Shown: positions 1-11,297 of the stretch, piece after piece
Layout: every line of letters starts with the position of its first letter
Numbering within the stretch: the first letter of the stretch is position 1
Source: Andalucia godoyi And28
Lineage: Eukaryota; Protista; Jakobida
DNA: 64,000 bases
NCBI GenBank assembly: GCA_009859145.1
Contig: VRVR01000037.1
Span: 138,892 to 202,891, forward strand
Direction: 5' to 3'
The notes under the pieces: generated by a model
The model's database searches: none
What the model saw: the letters and a program-made list of their open reading frames with translations, nothing else
Told to the model about the DNA's origin: nothing
Position numbers and translations under genes: made by a program

Positions 1-88
1 AACACTCTCAACTTGTCTCTCGAATCGGCTTTCGTTTTCTCTTCTTGTTTTTACCGCTCTGTTTTTTTCTTGTTTGTCGGCGCTGAAC

Positions 89-3013
89 ATGAATCTTGAT
101 TCTGGATTTGTTCACTCTATATTGGCAGCTCTCCAGCTCGCTGGAACAGGAGGTATGTCGACAACATGTCGCTATTGTTTCTTCCTTTTTTTCCCCCTTC
201 CCTGTTATACCACCATCATCAACATTGAGTGCTTATGTGTGTGTTTTTGTTTTGCTTTCTAATTCTCAGACAAGGCGGGGGAAGCACAGCTTGTGTCTCA
301 CTACCAATCATCCTATGAGCATTTCATGGCTTCGTTGGCTGCGATTGCTGCTGAAGAGTCTATCCAGAATGCTGCTGCCCGTCAGTTGGCATCGGTTTAC
401 CTGAAGAACGCAATTACGTCGAAGAATGCTTTGCTGCACCAGACTCTTGGAGACTCCTGGGCTCGCGTGTCACCGGATTGCAGGAAGTTTGTTCAAGAGG
501 CTTCATTGCGTTCGCTGATGAGTGCAGACCGCTCTGTTCGTATGGCTGGAGCTCAAGCTATTGACGCACTTGCGCAAGTTGAGCTTCCACGAGGGCTTTG
601 GCCGACGCTGATGCAAACGCTTCTGCAAGGAGTGGAGTCTGAGCATGCGCCGGTTTCGTTGAAAGAAGCATGTCTTTTTGTTCTTGGATATATCTCCGAA
701 TCTGTGAAACCGTCGTCTGTTCTTGAACGAGAGTCGTCATCGATTCTCACGGCGCTATGCATCGGCATGGCCTTCACATCAAAGGATGTTGTGGCAACCG
801 CAGATATCCGAAGGGCGGCGGTGAGTGCTCTAACCAATGCACTGCGATTTGTGCGTCGTCACTTTTCCGATGCAAAGGAAAGAGATTACATCTTCAAGTG
901 TGCTCTGGACTGCTGCTTGTACAAGCCGTCGTCTGCGCTGAGGAAGGCTTCGTTTGCTTGTTTGGCTGAGATAGTGATGCATTACTATGAGTTTTTGGAG
1001 CCATACTTGTCGCAAATTTGGAATGCGACCATTTCATGCATGACGGAAACAGCACTTGCTCTTCCGGAAGAACAGGAAGTTGCAATGTCTGCTATCGAAG
1101 TGTGGTCGGAAATTGCGGAAACGGAGATTAATTGCATTGATCTTTTGAGACAGAATCCTGGTGTTAGCCCCCATGAGTTGGGCATCGTTTACTTGAAGGT
1201 CTTGGATTTCGCGAAAGCACCGTTGGTGGAAATGCTACTTTCTTGCATGAAGAAACAGAATTCTCATTCCCAAGACTCTGATACGTGGGATGTTGCTACT
1301 GCTGCATCTACTTGCTTGACTCTTGTGGTCTCTGCGATGGGTGACGAGTTGGTTTCGCTTGTGATGCCTTTCGTCGAGGCTAATGTCCAAAACCAGGATT
1401 GGCACTGCCGGGAAGCCGCTGTCATGGCTTTCGGATGCCTTTTGGAAGGCCCTTCTGAAGATCGAATGGAACCGTATGTTAGCAATGCGCTACCATTGCT
1501 GTTGAATCATGTTCGAGATACGTATGCTATTGTCAAGGATTCGTCAGCGTGGTGTGTGTCTCGTATTGCCGAATTGTTCCCAGGTACTATCTTACTTCAG
1601 CCGGAAAATCTTAACAGATCAGTGGAAACTATTATTTATGTGTTGATGCACGATAGCCCGCGTGTCGCCCATCACGCTGCTGCTGCTTTGTCGCACATTC
1701 TGGAATGCATTGCACAAGACTCGGAAAGGTACTCTGCCGCCAAATCTGCGTTTTTGGTTTCTTCGGAATTCATTGCTAGTGCGCTCTTCCAGTCGTTGGA
1801 TCGAGATGATTCTGATGATGATAATTTGGATGTGGAAGTGACCGATTGCCTTCGATTCCTGATACAGGTCAACGAAGCATTTTGCGCACCAATTTACACG
1901 AACATTGTGCAGAGACTTCTTGCAGCTGAGCAAGACTCCAATTTTGAGCGTGCAGGATTACTGATTGGAGTTGCGAGCGAAATTTTGCAGGCCATGCGAC
2001 GACAGGATCTGGAAGCTGAGTTTCCTCAGATGACCAAGACGCTCGTCAGACTTTTGTCGTTGTCTCTGGAGCATTGTGGAGAAGAGGCCTTCATTGCGTT
2101 GCAGGCTCTGTTCCATCGTGTATTGCTGACAGAAAACGAGCAGGATGACGAAGGTGAGCATGCGAGACGGCAGATGCTTCTCAGCCCCTATGGACGTGAT
2201 GTTGTGCAGAGTTGCGAACGGGCGCTCAATATCCGTTTCAAGAACCAACCAGACATTGTTTCATCTGCGTGCTCATGTTTGTCCGAATGCTTGGTCTCTG
2301 AGTACTTTGGTCCTGTCCGGACCTGGTTTGATGGCGCGAGTGTTCAACGCATAATGGAATCTGTGGTGAACCTCTCTGCATCGGAGGAATTGGGCCTTCC
2401 TGTTCGTTGCTCGTGTATTTCGATTCTCGGAGATATCTGTTCTGTTTTTGAAGGAGATTATGTGGCATTTTTGGAACCCACAATTCGCATTTTCTACATC
2501 ATTGCAAAGGCCTGTGTTTTCTCGGATAGCTTGGATGCACGAAGCGATCCTGCGAACACGACCGTCGTTCCCTTGTCCTCTCGTGGAGGGTTGTACGATG
2601 ATGATGATGAACGGTATGCAGGAATGGATGCGCTTCTTGAAGGATTCACGTCGCTTCTGACTGGGTCCAAAGGAGTTCCTGCCATGGAGTCCATTTTGTT
2701 CGATTCCCGCATCCCGTTTGTGATTTTCGCGTGTGTAGCTGATGTGGTCGAACATACTCTGGACTTCCAGTCTACTGGTCATTTGCAATCGACTTGCATC
2801 TCTCTTATTGGAGACGTGTTTTCCATGTTTGGGCACAATGTTCTTCCTTCTATGGAACCATTCAAGAACGAATTGGTGAAGCTCCGCACTCGTGTCTTCC
2901 AATTTTTGGAACGACTTCGGTCTTCCAAAGAAGAAATGGAGGATGATGACGCTGCATTGTTTGAGAAGGCCAGTTCCGCTGTGAATTGGCTGGAACGCAA
3001 TATTCCGAAGTAG
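89..3013 (+). CDS. KPNB1: Importin subunit beta-1 (karyopherin beta), join(89..152,270..3013)
   Basis: The 906-aa ORF has the IBN_N motif (ARQLASVYLKN), HEAT repeats and the importin-beta signatures QDWHCREAAVMAFGCLLEGP and VKDSSAWCVSRI. Splicing GTATGT(153)..TTCTAATTCTCAG(269) joins ATG 89 in frame (…GTGDKAGEAQLVSH). Confidence 0.9.
153..269 (+). other. Spliceosomal intron (117 nt, phase 1)
   Basis: GTATGT donor, U-rich body, branch-like TTCTAAT immediately before TCTCAG; removal restores the importin frame. Confidence 0.85.
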
Positions 3014-3252
3014 AAGCATCTCTTTTCTTTTCCTTCCCTTCCCCCCTTCCCCCCTTCCCCCCTTTTTTTGGACAAGTATACGCTTAATTGTTGATGGATA
3101 GTACTAAATAATTAATAAAAAAATGATGATTTTCAAGAAGAACAGAAGGAAATGAAAGAGAAAAGGCGTACGTTTTACTTTGTATTGTAAGTGGCTGTTT
3201 GTTTTTTTGTCTTTTGTTTTGTTTTTGCTCTGCAAAACCCGGTGATAGATGT

Positions 3253-4446
3253 TCAGTGGTATCCGTGGTCTCCATCGAGACTTAAACGTGGCCCAAGCCC
3301 AGAAGGGTGAATAGGGAGCGGAGGTCCCAAGAGTTCTTCGTGGGTGTGCGGAGCATCATGAGCATGCGCGTGGACATGAGGATGCAAATGGGGATGGCCA
3401 TGAAGATGCACATGGACCTCGCCCTGCACTGGCGAGAAGAATTCATTGCTGGATACCCTCAGAAGCTCAGGATAACACTGCAGAAAGTAAAGCAGGCTGG
3501 TGTTGTCAAATGGATGAACATGAGAACCCAGTGGCATCATGGAACGTGCAGCGTCATCCGTCACGGAGGGGATCGCTGAAACAGACGAGGAGATGACCGG
3601 TCTGAGAGCGCAAACAGAGGAAGGATGGGAGGGGTCCGCGATTGAAGCCGAGGCAGAATCCACTCGTGGAACATTGAACGTCGATAAGGTCGGAAAGGAG
3701 GGAACTGCGAATCTTGGAAGGATTCTCTGAACATGAAATTGATTCAAAGAACCCAAGGAATCTGTAATCCCTGGTGCGGGATGCACAAGAGGTTGCAGAG
3801 GAATTATTGGATGCGGGAGCAAAACTCGGGAGTGAGAACTTGGATGACCGTGGGCAAAAGAGGACGCCCCAACTTCACTGCTCAGGTCCGATATTGAAAG
3901 CCGCCGCGACAAAAATGTGCTGCCATCGTTCGCAGTAGTTGCAGCATCAGTAGACGACGGCTCTGGAGGCTCATTTGGGCGTTTGAGATTGTCGAATGCA
4001 ATGTTATTCGATCGAAATACATCAGCAACTGCTTGATCGCTCAGCGTTCCATCTGCAATACTCCTCAGCAATACAGCTTCGTCTGAAGTTCGTCTTGAAA
4101 TTTCGCTAAATTTTGTTCGACATTGCAAATCTGTTCTTCCGAACAAACCGCGGCTCACCGACCTCCAATTCCCAGCACCGTACACTCGAACCAGCCAAGC
4201 AAGTTGGAACAGCTCTTCTCTGGAAAATTTGTCTTTGGAAATTCCGGGATGCAACACTCTGATCCAATGCTGGTAGCAAGAGTATGCATCACGGCCACCT
4301 CCGACATCGTCACTAACGACCTTCCAATTCTTGGTTCCGTGCTTACAAACTGATTCTCTTAGCCTCGCGTCTTCCTCCGCAGACCACTTCCGAGGACCTT
4401 TTCGCGGACCAGATTCCACGGTGAAGGAACTTGGCTCGAAACTCAT
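3253..4446 (-). CDS. Two-repeat Myb transcription factor with Ser/Pro-rich and His-rich tail
   Basis: Myb repeats WSAEEDARL…GTKNWKVV…CYQHWIRVLHP and FSREELFQL…GAGNWRSV…GRTDLQCRTKF; first ATG at 4446. Confidence 0.85.
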   Translation of the reverse strand: MSFEPSSFTVESGPRKGPRKWSAEEDARLRESVCKHGTKNWKVVSDDVGGGRDAYSCYQHWIRVLHPGISKDKFSREELFQLAWLVRVYGAGNWRSVSRGLFGRTDLQCRTKFSEISRRTSDEAVLLRSIADGTLSDQAVADVFRSNNIAFDNLKRPNEPPEPSSTDAATTANDGSTFLSRRLSISDLSSEVGASSFAHGHPSSHSRVLLPHPIIPLQPLVHPAPGITDSLGSLNQFHVQRILPRFAVPSFPTLSTFNVPRVDSASASIADPSHPSSVCALRPVISSSVSAIPSVTDDAARSMMPLGSHVHPFDNTSLLYFLQCYPELLRVSSNEFFSPVQGEVHVHLHGHPHLHPHVHAHAHDAPHTHEELLGPPLPIHPSGLGPRLSLDGDHGYH

Positions 4447-5077
4447 AGCGGTACACCTATTGTTGATGAATGAGGAAGACACGGATCAGAGGGAGTTGGG
4501 GATGGCGCTGGGAGCTTTTTGGGACGCAATCTTTATGAAAAATGAAAAACCTCCCCCGGTTTTGCCCAATTTATTATTTTTTTACAGCAAGTGCCGTCGA
4601 AAGGCACGAAAACAAAGCTCTCGCGGACTGAGAAATGTACAATGCAGATTCAGTCTTTCGGTCCAGAGGCAAAGCACGGTGGAATGAAGCAGCCCAAACG
4701 CTCTTAGGTGCTGACAAACCGACTGACGGGAAGAAATCAGCGCCTGCAAGAAAGCAAGAGAAACATGCAGACCACAGACGTCGTAACGCTAGTAGTTGAT
4801 AAGCACAGATCTCGCACATTGATCGTGCGGTGATACCTAATTCGAAGCTGACAGCTCTGCGTGTATGCGGATGCGGGATCCGCCCGCTCATCCTCTTTGT
4901 GTCACGCCCAGTCAACGATTCACAAAAAACAAAAAAAACAGAAAAAGAAAGAAAAAACCTCCGAATCCCTCTGTTCATTGTTTGCATTCCTGGAAAATAT
5001 GGATCGCTTTGATCATGCAAGAAGAGGTTCGCCGTGTTTTTCACGGAAGTCATTATACGGTCTGAGGTTGCGGATCC

Positions 5078-7237
5078 ATGAAGATAAAGTTGAAAGGGTA
5101 TTTTGTTGTGGAAATTGATTATTCCCATATCAAGGTTTCGTACTGTGATGAATCCGATCGAGTGACTTTAGTTCCTGTCAATGAGCGTTTCTACCGAGAC
5201 GTCCGCTCGCCATCGCTAAATGACTGCCCATCGTTTTCCTCGCAAAACCAAGTCGTACAAAAAACTACGGACTCTTTTCAAATTGCGTTCAGCGAATCTT
5301 CGTCATGGTATTCGTGGTTTCGAATGCCGTGCAATGTATGTGCGTCTTTTGACTCGTCGGAGCATCACCACTCGTACTCGTCTTCCTCTATAAGAATTGA
5401 GGGAAGGGAAGAAAGATTCTTTGCAGGAGATTATGATAAGGGCTTGGTTGATCGTGGATTCTGTGAATTCACAAACATTTTACGTTTCTTTGAAGCGACG
5501 CCGAGCTGGGAATTGTATTCGCCTGTTGATATTGCAGGTGCGGCTCATAAAGCGCTGCTTGAGCACAAACCCTCGTCGACGTCCCGATTTTCTGAAAGAC
5601 AGCAAGCATATCCTGCATTGTTAAAATGCGAGAAATTCGGAGGAGAAACGTTGCGATACTCTGTCGATGTGAACGGGGCTGAAAAGACTTTTGATTTGCC
5701 GCTCTTGGTATCCGTGCTCCTTCTTGGAGTCCAAAAGTGGGTTTGCCGTTTCGTAACGGACATCTTGCAGATTCCAGACAAAGGTGAAGAGAAAAAGGTG
5801 AAGTTTCCAACACGATTTGTTTGTCCTGCCCCGTTCAGTCCTGTACAAAAGTCCACTTTGCGGGACCTTATTTCGCTGAGGTGCACCCGTCTCGTCTGCT
5901 CTTCATCCTTTGAGCTGGTTGACGATGTTTCCTGCCATTCTTCAAATCAGCTTGACTTGTGGAGAGATGCAGATTCTGACGCCGCGTTGGTAGTTTTGAA
6001 GTTCGGCTGGGACGCATCGCATGTGCATTTACTGCGTCGAACAGCAAGAACGCCTCAAAAGCACTGTAGTCTCGGCTGTTGTGCGTCGACAGAGATTCGG
6101 TTTTCGGGACGTCGTCTTGCGCGCGCCGTACTGCAGAAAAACGCTGCTGGTGGAGTTGGAGGTGCAGATTCGTTTCCTGCTAGCGAACTTTCTGAAGATG
6201 TGGTTACTGCAGAATGTGTGCAGTTTACCGTGGGGTCCACAACAGCCACCTTCGAAGCGAACGGCGTTGATTCTGGTGCTCTGGATCAAGAATCTATGCT
6301 GAATTCTGCAGTGAACCTCCTTGGAGGGCAGTCGTTGAAAACGGCGATTTCTTCCTTGTTTCCAGACCGTGCATTTGAAAAGGCGAATCTCAGGTTCTTG
6401 GTTGTTGGGTGCCCTTTCGTCGTACGAACTGTGTATGCTGCGGCCCATCGTGCGTTGACGGCCGTGAAGGATGCCGACGTGTATGTGTCGTGTCTGCCCG
6501 AGTTTGGCGCATGCGTTTTAGCACCCACTCTTTGGACCTGCGTTCCCACCGCGAGTCCAGTTGATCAAACAGTGTTGACCAAGCATATTTGGTATTGTCC
6601 ATTTTCTGTTGTGATCCAGACTTCTCCTGAAAACTATTCAGAGATTTTGCCTCGGGGCCACAAGCTCCCGTATTCTGCTTGCGTGGATCTTTTTCCCGAT
6701 GTGGATGATTTTCGATGCGCATTGCAAAAGGGAGTGTGGTCAGTGAAACTTGTGTTCTTTGTTTGCTGGGATAGCTCCAGTGGGATTGATGTGACCAAAC
6801 TGCGAAAGTTCGAAGAAAGGGTTGTGTCCGTTGTTTGTAAGAACAACAACAAGAACGTTCCGACCATCACGTTGTCCATCAACATGAAGGATTCCCTCGG
6901 ATTTCAAATTGCATGGGATGTGAAGATCGGTAAATTTGCCGACAAAACCGAAAGTCGATGTGTTGCCTGCTTTCCTCGAGCTCTGCCGAACACGGAGATG
7001 CAACCTCATGTTTTAAATGGCATCGTGGAAGGTGTGCAACAATTTGTGGCTATGTTGAAAACAGACCCTAAGAGGCTTGATCAAGCTTTGAAATTTGTCT
7101 TCTCATTAGATCCTGACGCTGTTCCCATGAGCAGGGTCTCGGATTGGATTTTGACGCATGCTGTTGGCGTGATTCCAAAACATGTCGATCACGAAGCTGT
7201 TTCCCCGTTCGGGATTATCGCAGAAGTTTCGCCCTAG
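5078..7237 (+). CDS. Highly divergent Hsp70-family protein, probably ATPase-dead
   Basis: Degenerate Hsp70 segments occur in the right order: VVEIDYSHIKV, FVCPAPFSPVQKSTLRD, LVVLKFGWDASHVHLL, FLVVGCP, PFSVVIQT…ILPRGHKLP, VPTITLSIN. Confidence 0.6.
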   Translation: MKIKLKGYFVVEIDYSHIKVSYCDESDRVTLVPVNERFYRDVRSPSLNDCPSFSSQNQVVQKTTDSFQIAFSESSSWYSWFRMPCNVCASFDSSEHHHSYSSSSIRIEGREERFFAGDYDKGLVDRGFCEFTNILRFFEATPSWELYSPVDIAGAAHKALLEHKPSSTSRFSERQQAYPALLKCEKFGGETLRYSVDVNGAEKTFDLPLLVSVLLLGVQKWVCRFVTDILQIPDKGEEKKVKFPTRFVCPAPFSPVQKSTLRDLISLRCTRLVCSSSFELVDDVSCHSSNQLDLWRDADSDAALVVLKFGWDASHVHLLRRTARTPQKHCSLGCCASTEIRFSGRRLARAVLQKNAAGGVGGADSFPASELSEDVVTAECVQFTVGSTTATFEANGVDSGALDQESMLNSAVNLLGGQSLKTAISSLFPDRAFEKANLRFLVVGCPFVVRTVYAAAHRALTAVKDADVYVSCLPEFGACVLAPTLWTCVPTASPVDQTVLTKHIWYCPFSVVIQTSPENYSEILPRGHKLPYSACVDLFPDVDDFRCALQKGVWSVKLVFFVCWDSSSGIDVTKLRKFEERVVSVVCKNNNKNVPTITLSINMKDSLGFQIAWDVKIGKFADKTESRCVACFPRALPNTEMQPHVLNGIVEGVQQFVAMLKTDPKRLDQALKFVFSLDPDAVPMSRVSDWILTHAVGVIPKHVDHEAVSPFGIIAEVSP

Positions 7238-7583
7238 TCTTGCCCTACAGGTAAATATCAGTGCTTCTGTTTCAAATGTGTAGTGTTTGCATTCTGAGAT
7301 TGGGAAGTCTGCAATCGCACGGCCAGTTGTACACTCCAGCGTCCGCACGTTCTTCCACTAATCGATTGTGTCTTGTGTGCTTGTGTTTTTCTTATTGTTG
7401 TTCGATTTGTTTGGTTGGTTGTTTTTTTCGTGGCGATTTCCCGCTGCCCCGAAACTGCCTTGGCGATTTCGTTTTTTTTCCTCTTTTTTTTTTTGTTGGT
7501 TTTTTTGTTTTGTCTTTTGTTAGATTTTTGCCTCTGTACCTTTTTGCTTGGGGCTTGATAAGACAGCAACATTTATTTTTCAC

Positions 7584-8138
7584 ATGTTTCGAAAATTCCT
7601 AGACTGGGTCCGCTCCTTGTTCTTTAAGCAAGAAATGGAGCTGACACTAGTCGGGCTTCAGAATGCGGGCAAAACGACATTGGTGCATGTTCTTGCAGCA
7701 GGAGAATTCACAGAGGACATGATTCCGACTGTTGGGTTTAATATGAAGAAAGTGACAAAGGGAAAAGTTCAAATGAAACTGTGGGACGTCGGAGGTCAAT
7801 CCAAATTCCGTTCGATGTGGGAGCGTTACTGTCGAGGTGTTTCTGCAATTGTGTACGTGGTTGATGCGGCGGCCGGAGATGAAACTATGTCTCAAGCAAA
7901 GGAAGAACTGCATGATCTTCTTGGAAAGCCTGCACTGAATGGGATTCCTGTTCTGGTTCTTGGGAACAAGAACGACCTTCCGGGAGCATTGGGTACTGAA
8001 GAATTGGGAACGAAGCTGGATCTTCAATCTTTATCTGGAGAGCGAGAGGTCGCAGTCTATTCAATTTCTGCGAAGAATTCTAACAATATTGACAAGACCA
8101 TGGATTGGTTGATGAAACATGCAAAGAAACGAAATTGA
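7584..8138 (+). CDS. ARL8: ADP-ribosylation factor-like GTPase 8
   Basis: [40 protein letters not shown] and SAK motifs. Confidence 0.95.
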   Translation: MFRKFLDWVRSLFFKQEMELTLVGLQNAGKTTLVHVLAAGEFTEDMIPTVGFNMKKVTKGKVQMKLWDVGGQSKFRSMWERYCRGVSAIVYVVDAAAGDETMSQAKEELHDLLGKPALNGIPVLVLGNKNDLPGALGTEELGTKLDLQSLSGEREVAVYSISAKNSNNIDKTMDWLMKHAKKRN

Positions 8139-8216
8139 TTTCAAAAGCCGCAAATATTGCCGGCACATTTTACATCATTGTAAAAGAGAGAAGGAGGAAA
8201 AACCTACTCCGGTAAG

Positions 8217-11186
8217 TTACATTCCTTTGATTTTCAATCGCTTTGCCAATGCCGTGGCAAATCGGACTAGTTCCTTATCACGACGAAACCGAGAAGCCCT
8301 TTTGACGCCCATCAGAACCTCGGGTAAGCTCATCATTTTTTCCCGTGCCGACGAATACTGGACCAGAGAAAGCAGAACCGCACACGCCAAGAACATCAGC
8401 TTGGGCAAAACACATTTCAGCAAGCAGTCCGCAACTGCAACAATCAGATCGGACGACTTGGCCATCTTCTCCCCAAACTCGGAAGAAGCTGAAAGCAGAA
8501 ACCCCATCACAGGAACTTTGGCTTCGTCCGTTCGGAAAATCTCTTTTAGAAATCGGGCGCATAATGCAGAAAATCCTTTGGCAGCCAAAGGAATGCGGCG
8601 GAACGATTTTTCGCGGCAAGACCTCCACAGCAAGTCAAAGAGGGACTGGAAAAACTTTTCTTCTTCCAGAGTGGGCTGCGAAACGCCAATGCGGAAAGAA
8701 CGAAGGATGATGGAATTGACAGCATACGAAACAGTAGCACCATTGACAAAAGCTTCCATAACACCATCTGGATCCTCCCCAGCGCTGTTTTTCACAATGA
8801 GAGCTGCATATCGAGCTGCAACAATATCAGCACGAAGACATCCTGTATCCGAAAGGTAGAAACGAGAAATCAAAGGCAAAATCGATTTGCGAATACCAGG
8901 TTTCAAAGGCGCCAGGGTCGACAGATTCACCGCCAGTTTCAACGCTGCAAGCCGCAACTGAAGTTTGCAAGGATCGGAAAAAGATGAACAGACACTCGCG
9001 TCCTGCAATCCTAGCCATTCTTGAATGACTTGCGGAACATCCACTTGACAACGGAGAAACAGATCGGCGAATCCTTTCTGAGACGAAATCAAAAAGGATA
9101 ATTCCAAGGCAACCGCAAGCTTAAGTGAGGGCAGCCGAGCCTTGGAGAAAAGAACTCCCATGATAGACGCCAATTCAGCATTCGACACTTCCACTAGATC
9201 TTTCTTCTGCTGATTTTCAAAATCAGCACTGGTGACAACCGCAAGATCACCATCTGGTTTGCCTTCTGCTTCTGATTCTTGGTGCGTCTCCAATTCACTC
9301 CGGTTCACATAAGCGCATGGAAAGCAAATGTCGAACAAATGCACATCCAAAAGTCGTGCAACAAATGGCTCATTGATCGTGTTCTGAGAGAAGGCATCTG
9401 CGAACAAATCGGCAGTGAACCCCTGACGACTCTGAATTCCAGAACAGTATGTCAAAACCGACATCAAATGGACATGCACTTCAATATTCGATTGGAATTG
9501 GGACTTCCGGAGACTCTTCGCAACATGCTCCAAATTAAAACGGTCACCAAGGACCAGACCATCCAAACACTGGGCCAAATAGACGGGGGATATCCGAGGC
9601 TCGCAGATAGTTTCTTGGTCAGGAGTGACCTTCTGACTGTCCACAATGACCTCCCGTGGATCTGCATCAACTCGAAAAACGCCAGTGAATAAAAACTTGT
9701 GAAATGCATCGGTCCACGACGCCGCTCGTTGAAACCACGGAGGAACAACGTCGCACAAAACATCCGCCCATGCAAAGAAGTCCGAGGAAGCTAATTCCGG
9801 ATCAATTTCCTGGGCATTTTCGACAAGAGATTCACGGATAAAGGCTTCGTCATAATCAATAATCGTCGTGGACTTCGAAGGACGGATCGTGTGAAGAATG
9901 TCCTGTATGAGAGACAAGGGGCTCTCGGCACCAGCTGTCCTGGGACTCTTTTGAACAGTCACAACGAAGAACTTTTGATGTCTTCCATGAGGAGGACAAT
10001 ACAACCGCGCCATTAGGCCGACTGCAAGTTCCGCATCTTCGGTAAGAAGCCGGGCACAGCATCCTTTCCAAATTCCGAAGTCTGCTTCAGCGTAATCACC
10101 GTCTCGAACAGGGACATCCTCGACACTTAACACACGCGCGTCCACATGATTCGTTGTAATGTGCTGTTTGAGGAGGGCCTGGTAAACGTCCGCGTCAGAA
10201 AACCGAGAATGCGTCATCAGAATGCCATCTGACGGTCCGTATGTAGACACCTTTAGAAACACTTGTGCCTCATAGTCCTTCATGAGCCATTCATCAGCCC
10301 CAGAAGACGACGGAGACCCTGACCCAACATCAACAAACACTGTCGATGGGTCAACGCCAATCGGCTGAAACTCTCTGCGAGCGAAGAACGTCAAAGTACC
10401 GGAGCACGCATCAAACTTTTCCAACCCCTTGAGGGCCAATGCATCTCTCCATACCAGAAATGGGAGATAAATATTCCGACGACTCCAGAAATTCATGGAG
10501 CGAGTCAATTGCTGATCTAAAAACTGGAGAACTTCTTGCAGGCGACCCATCCAGGTACGGAAACTGTCGGGATCCTCCGCTTTGAAAACGAAAACACGAC
10601 CAGCATCTTCTCCCCCAGCTTGCAGGTGAAACTCCAAAAACTCTTCGCTGGAGTCCACAAGCCTCGCGCCGAGAAGGGATATCTCACCTTTTGGTTTCGG
10701 ATCGTTCGGCTGCAGATAGTAGCGAATGGAGTCCCCGTCCATGTAGACATATCGACGCTTAAACGCTTTCTTTCCATCTCTGCCACCACGTTTGGATAAC
10801 CAGCCGGCCAGACTTTTATCGCGTACAGACGCCTTCTTTTGCATATCGAGCATATCATGATTTACTCCAGAAGCTTTCTGCAACATCGTCATCCAATCAG
10901 CACTCTCGTGAACAGACTCGGTGTTGAAATAGTAGACGCGATTGTTTTCGATATGAGATTCAATCTTGAATCCAAATTTCTTGTCTGGTCTTTCGCCTTT
11001 TGAAAGACGGAGAACATTGCATCCTGCAATGGGGATTATTCCAACCGGCTTTTTCTGTGCAGAACCTGCGTCCGATTCCTTCTTGTAATACCGCAGTTCC
11101 TGATGTTGAAGCACAAAGTACCGGCGCTTCCATGACTTGTAGGAACCTCCTTCCTTTGTCATCCATCCTCTGTACTCAACCTCCAT
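8217..11186 (-). CDS. Tandem PH-domain protein with C-terminal helical (ARM-like) region
   Basis: Two PH domains (GWMTKEGGSYKSWKRRYFVL…WMTML; GWLSKRGG…FKRRYV…WMGRL); Leu-rich helical C-terminus; first ATG at 11186. Confidence 0.8.
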   Translation of the reverse strand: MEVEYRGWMTKEGGSYKSWKRRYFVLQHQELRYYKKESDAGSAQKKPVGIIPIAGCNVLRLSKGERPDKKFGFKIESHIENNRVYYFNTESVHESADWMTMLQKASGVNHDMLDMQKKASVRDKSLAGWLSKRGGRDGKKAFKRRYVYMDGDSIRYYLQPNDPKPKGEISLLGARLVDSSEEFLEFHLQAGGEDAGRVFVFKAEDPDSFRTWMGRLQEVLQFLDQQLTRSMNFWSRRNIYLPFLVWRDALALKGLEKFDACSGTLTFFARREFQPIGVDPSTVFVDVGSGSPSSSGADEWLMKDYEAQVFLKVSTYGPSDGILMTHSRFSDADVYQALLKQHITTNHVDARVLSVEDVPVRDGDYAEADFGIWKGCCARLLTEDAELAVGLMARLYCPPHGRHQKFFVVTVQKSPRTAGAESPLSLIQDILHTIRPSKSTTIIDYDEAFIRESLVENAQEIDPELASSDFFAWADVLCDVVPPWFQRAASWTDAFHKFLFTGVFRVDADPREVIVDSQKVTPDQETICEPRISPVYLAQCLDGLVLGDRFNLEHVAKSLRKSQFQSNIEVHVHLMSVLTYCSGIQSRQGFTADLFADAFSQNTINEPFVARLLDVHLFDICFPCAYVNRSELETHQESEAEGKPDGDLAVVTSADFENQQKKDLVEVSNAELASIMGVLFSKARLPSLKLAVALELSFLISSQKGFADLFLRCQVDVPQVIQEWLGLQDASVCSSFSDPCKLQLRLAALKLAVNLSTLAPLKPGIRKSILPLISRFYLSDTGCLRADIVAARYAALIVKNSAGEDPDGVMEAFVNGATVSYAVNSIILRSFRIGVSQPTLEEEKFFQSLFDLLWRSCREKSFRRIPLAAKGFSALCARFLKEIFRTDEAKVPVMGFLLSASSEFGEKMAKSSDLIVAVADCLLKCVLPKLMFLACAVLLSLVQYSSAREKMMSLPEVLMGVKRASRFRRDKELVRFATALAKRLKIKGM

Positions 11187-11297
11187 TGCAAAAAAAATCT
11201 GGAGAACAGAAGAAAAAAAGAGTTGAAAACTCTTGAAAATCAAACAACAGAAACAGAGCTGCGGATCAGTCTGAAGTCAAAAAAAAAGTGGTCAGCA

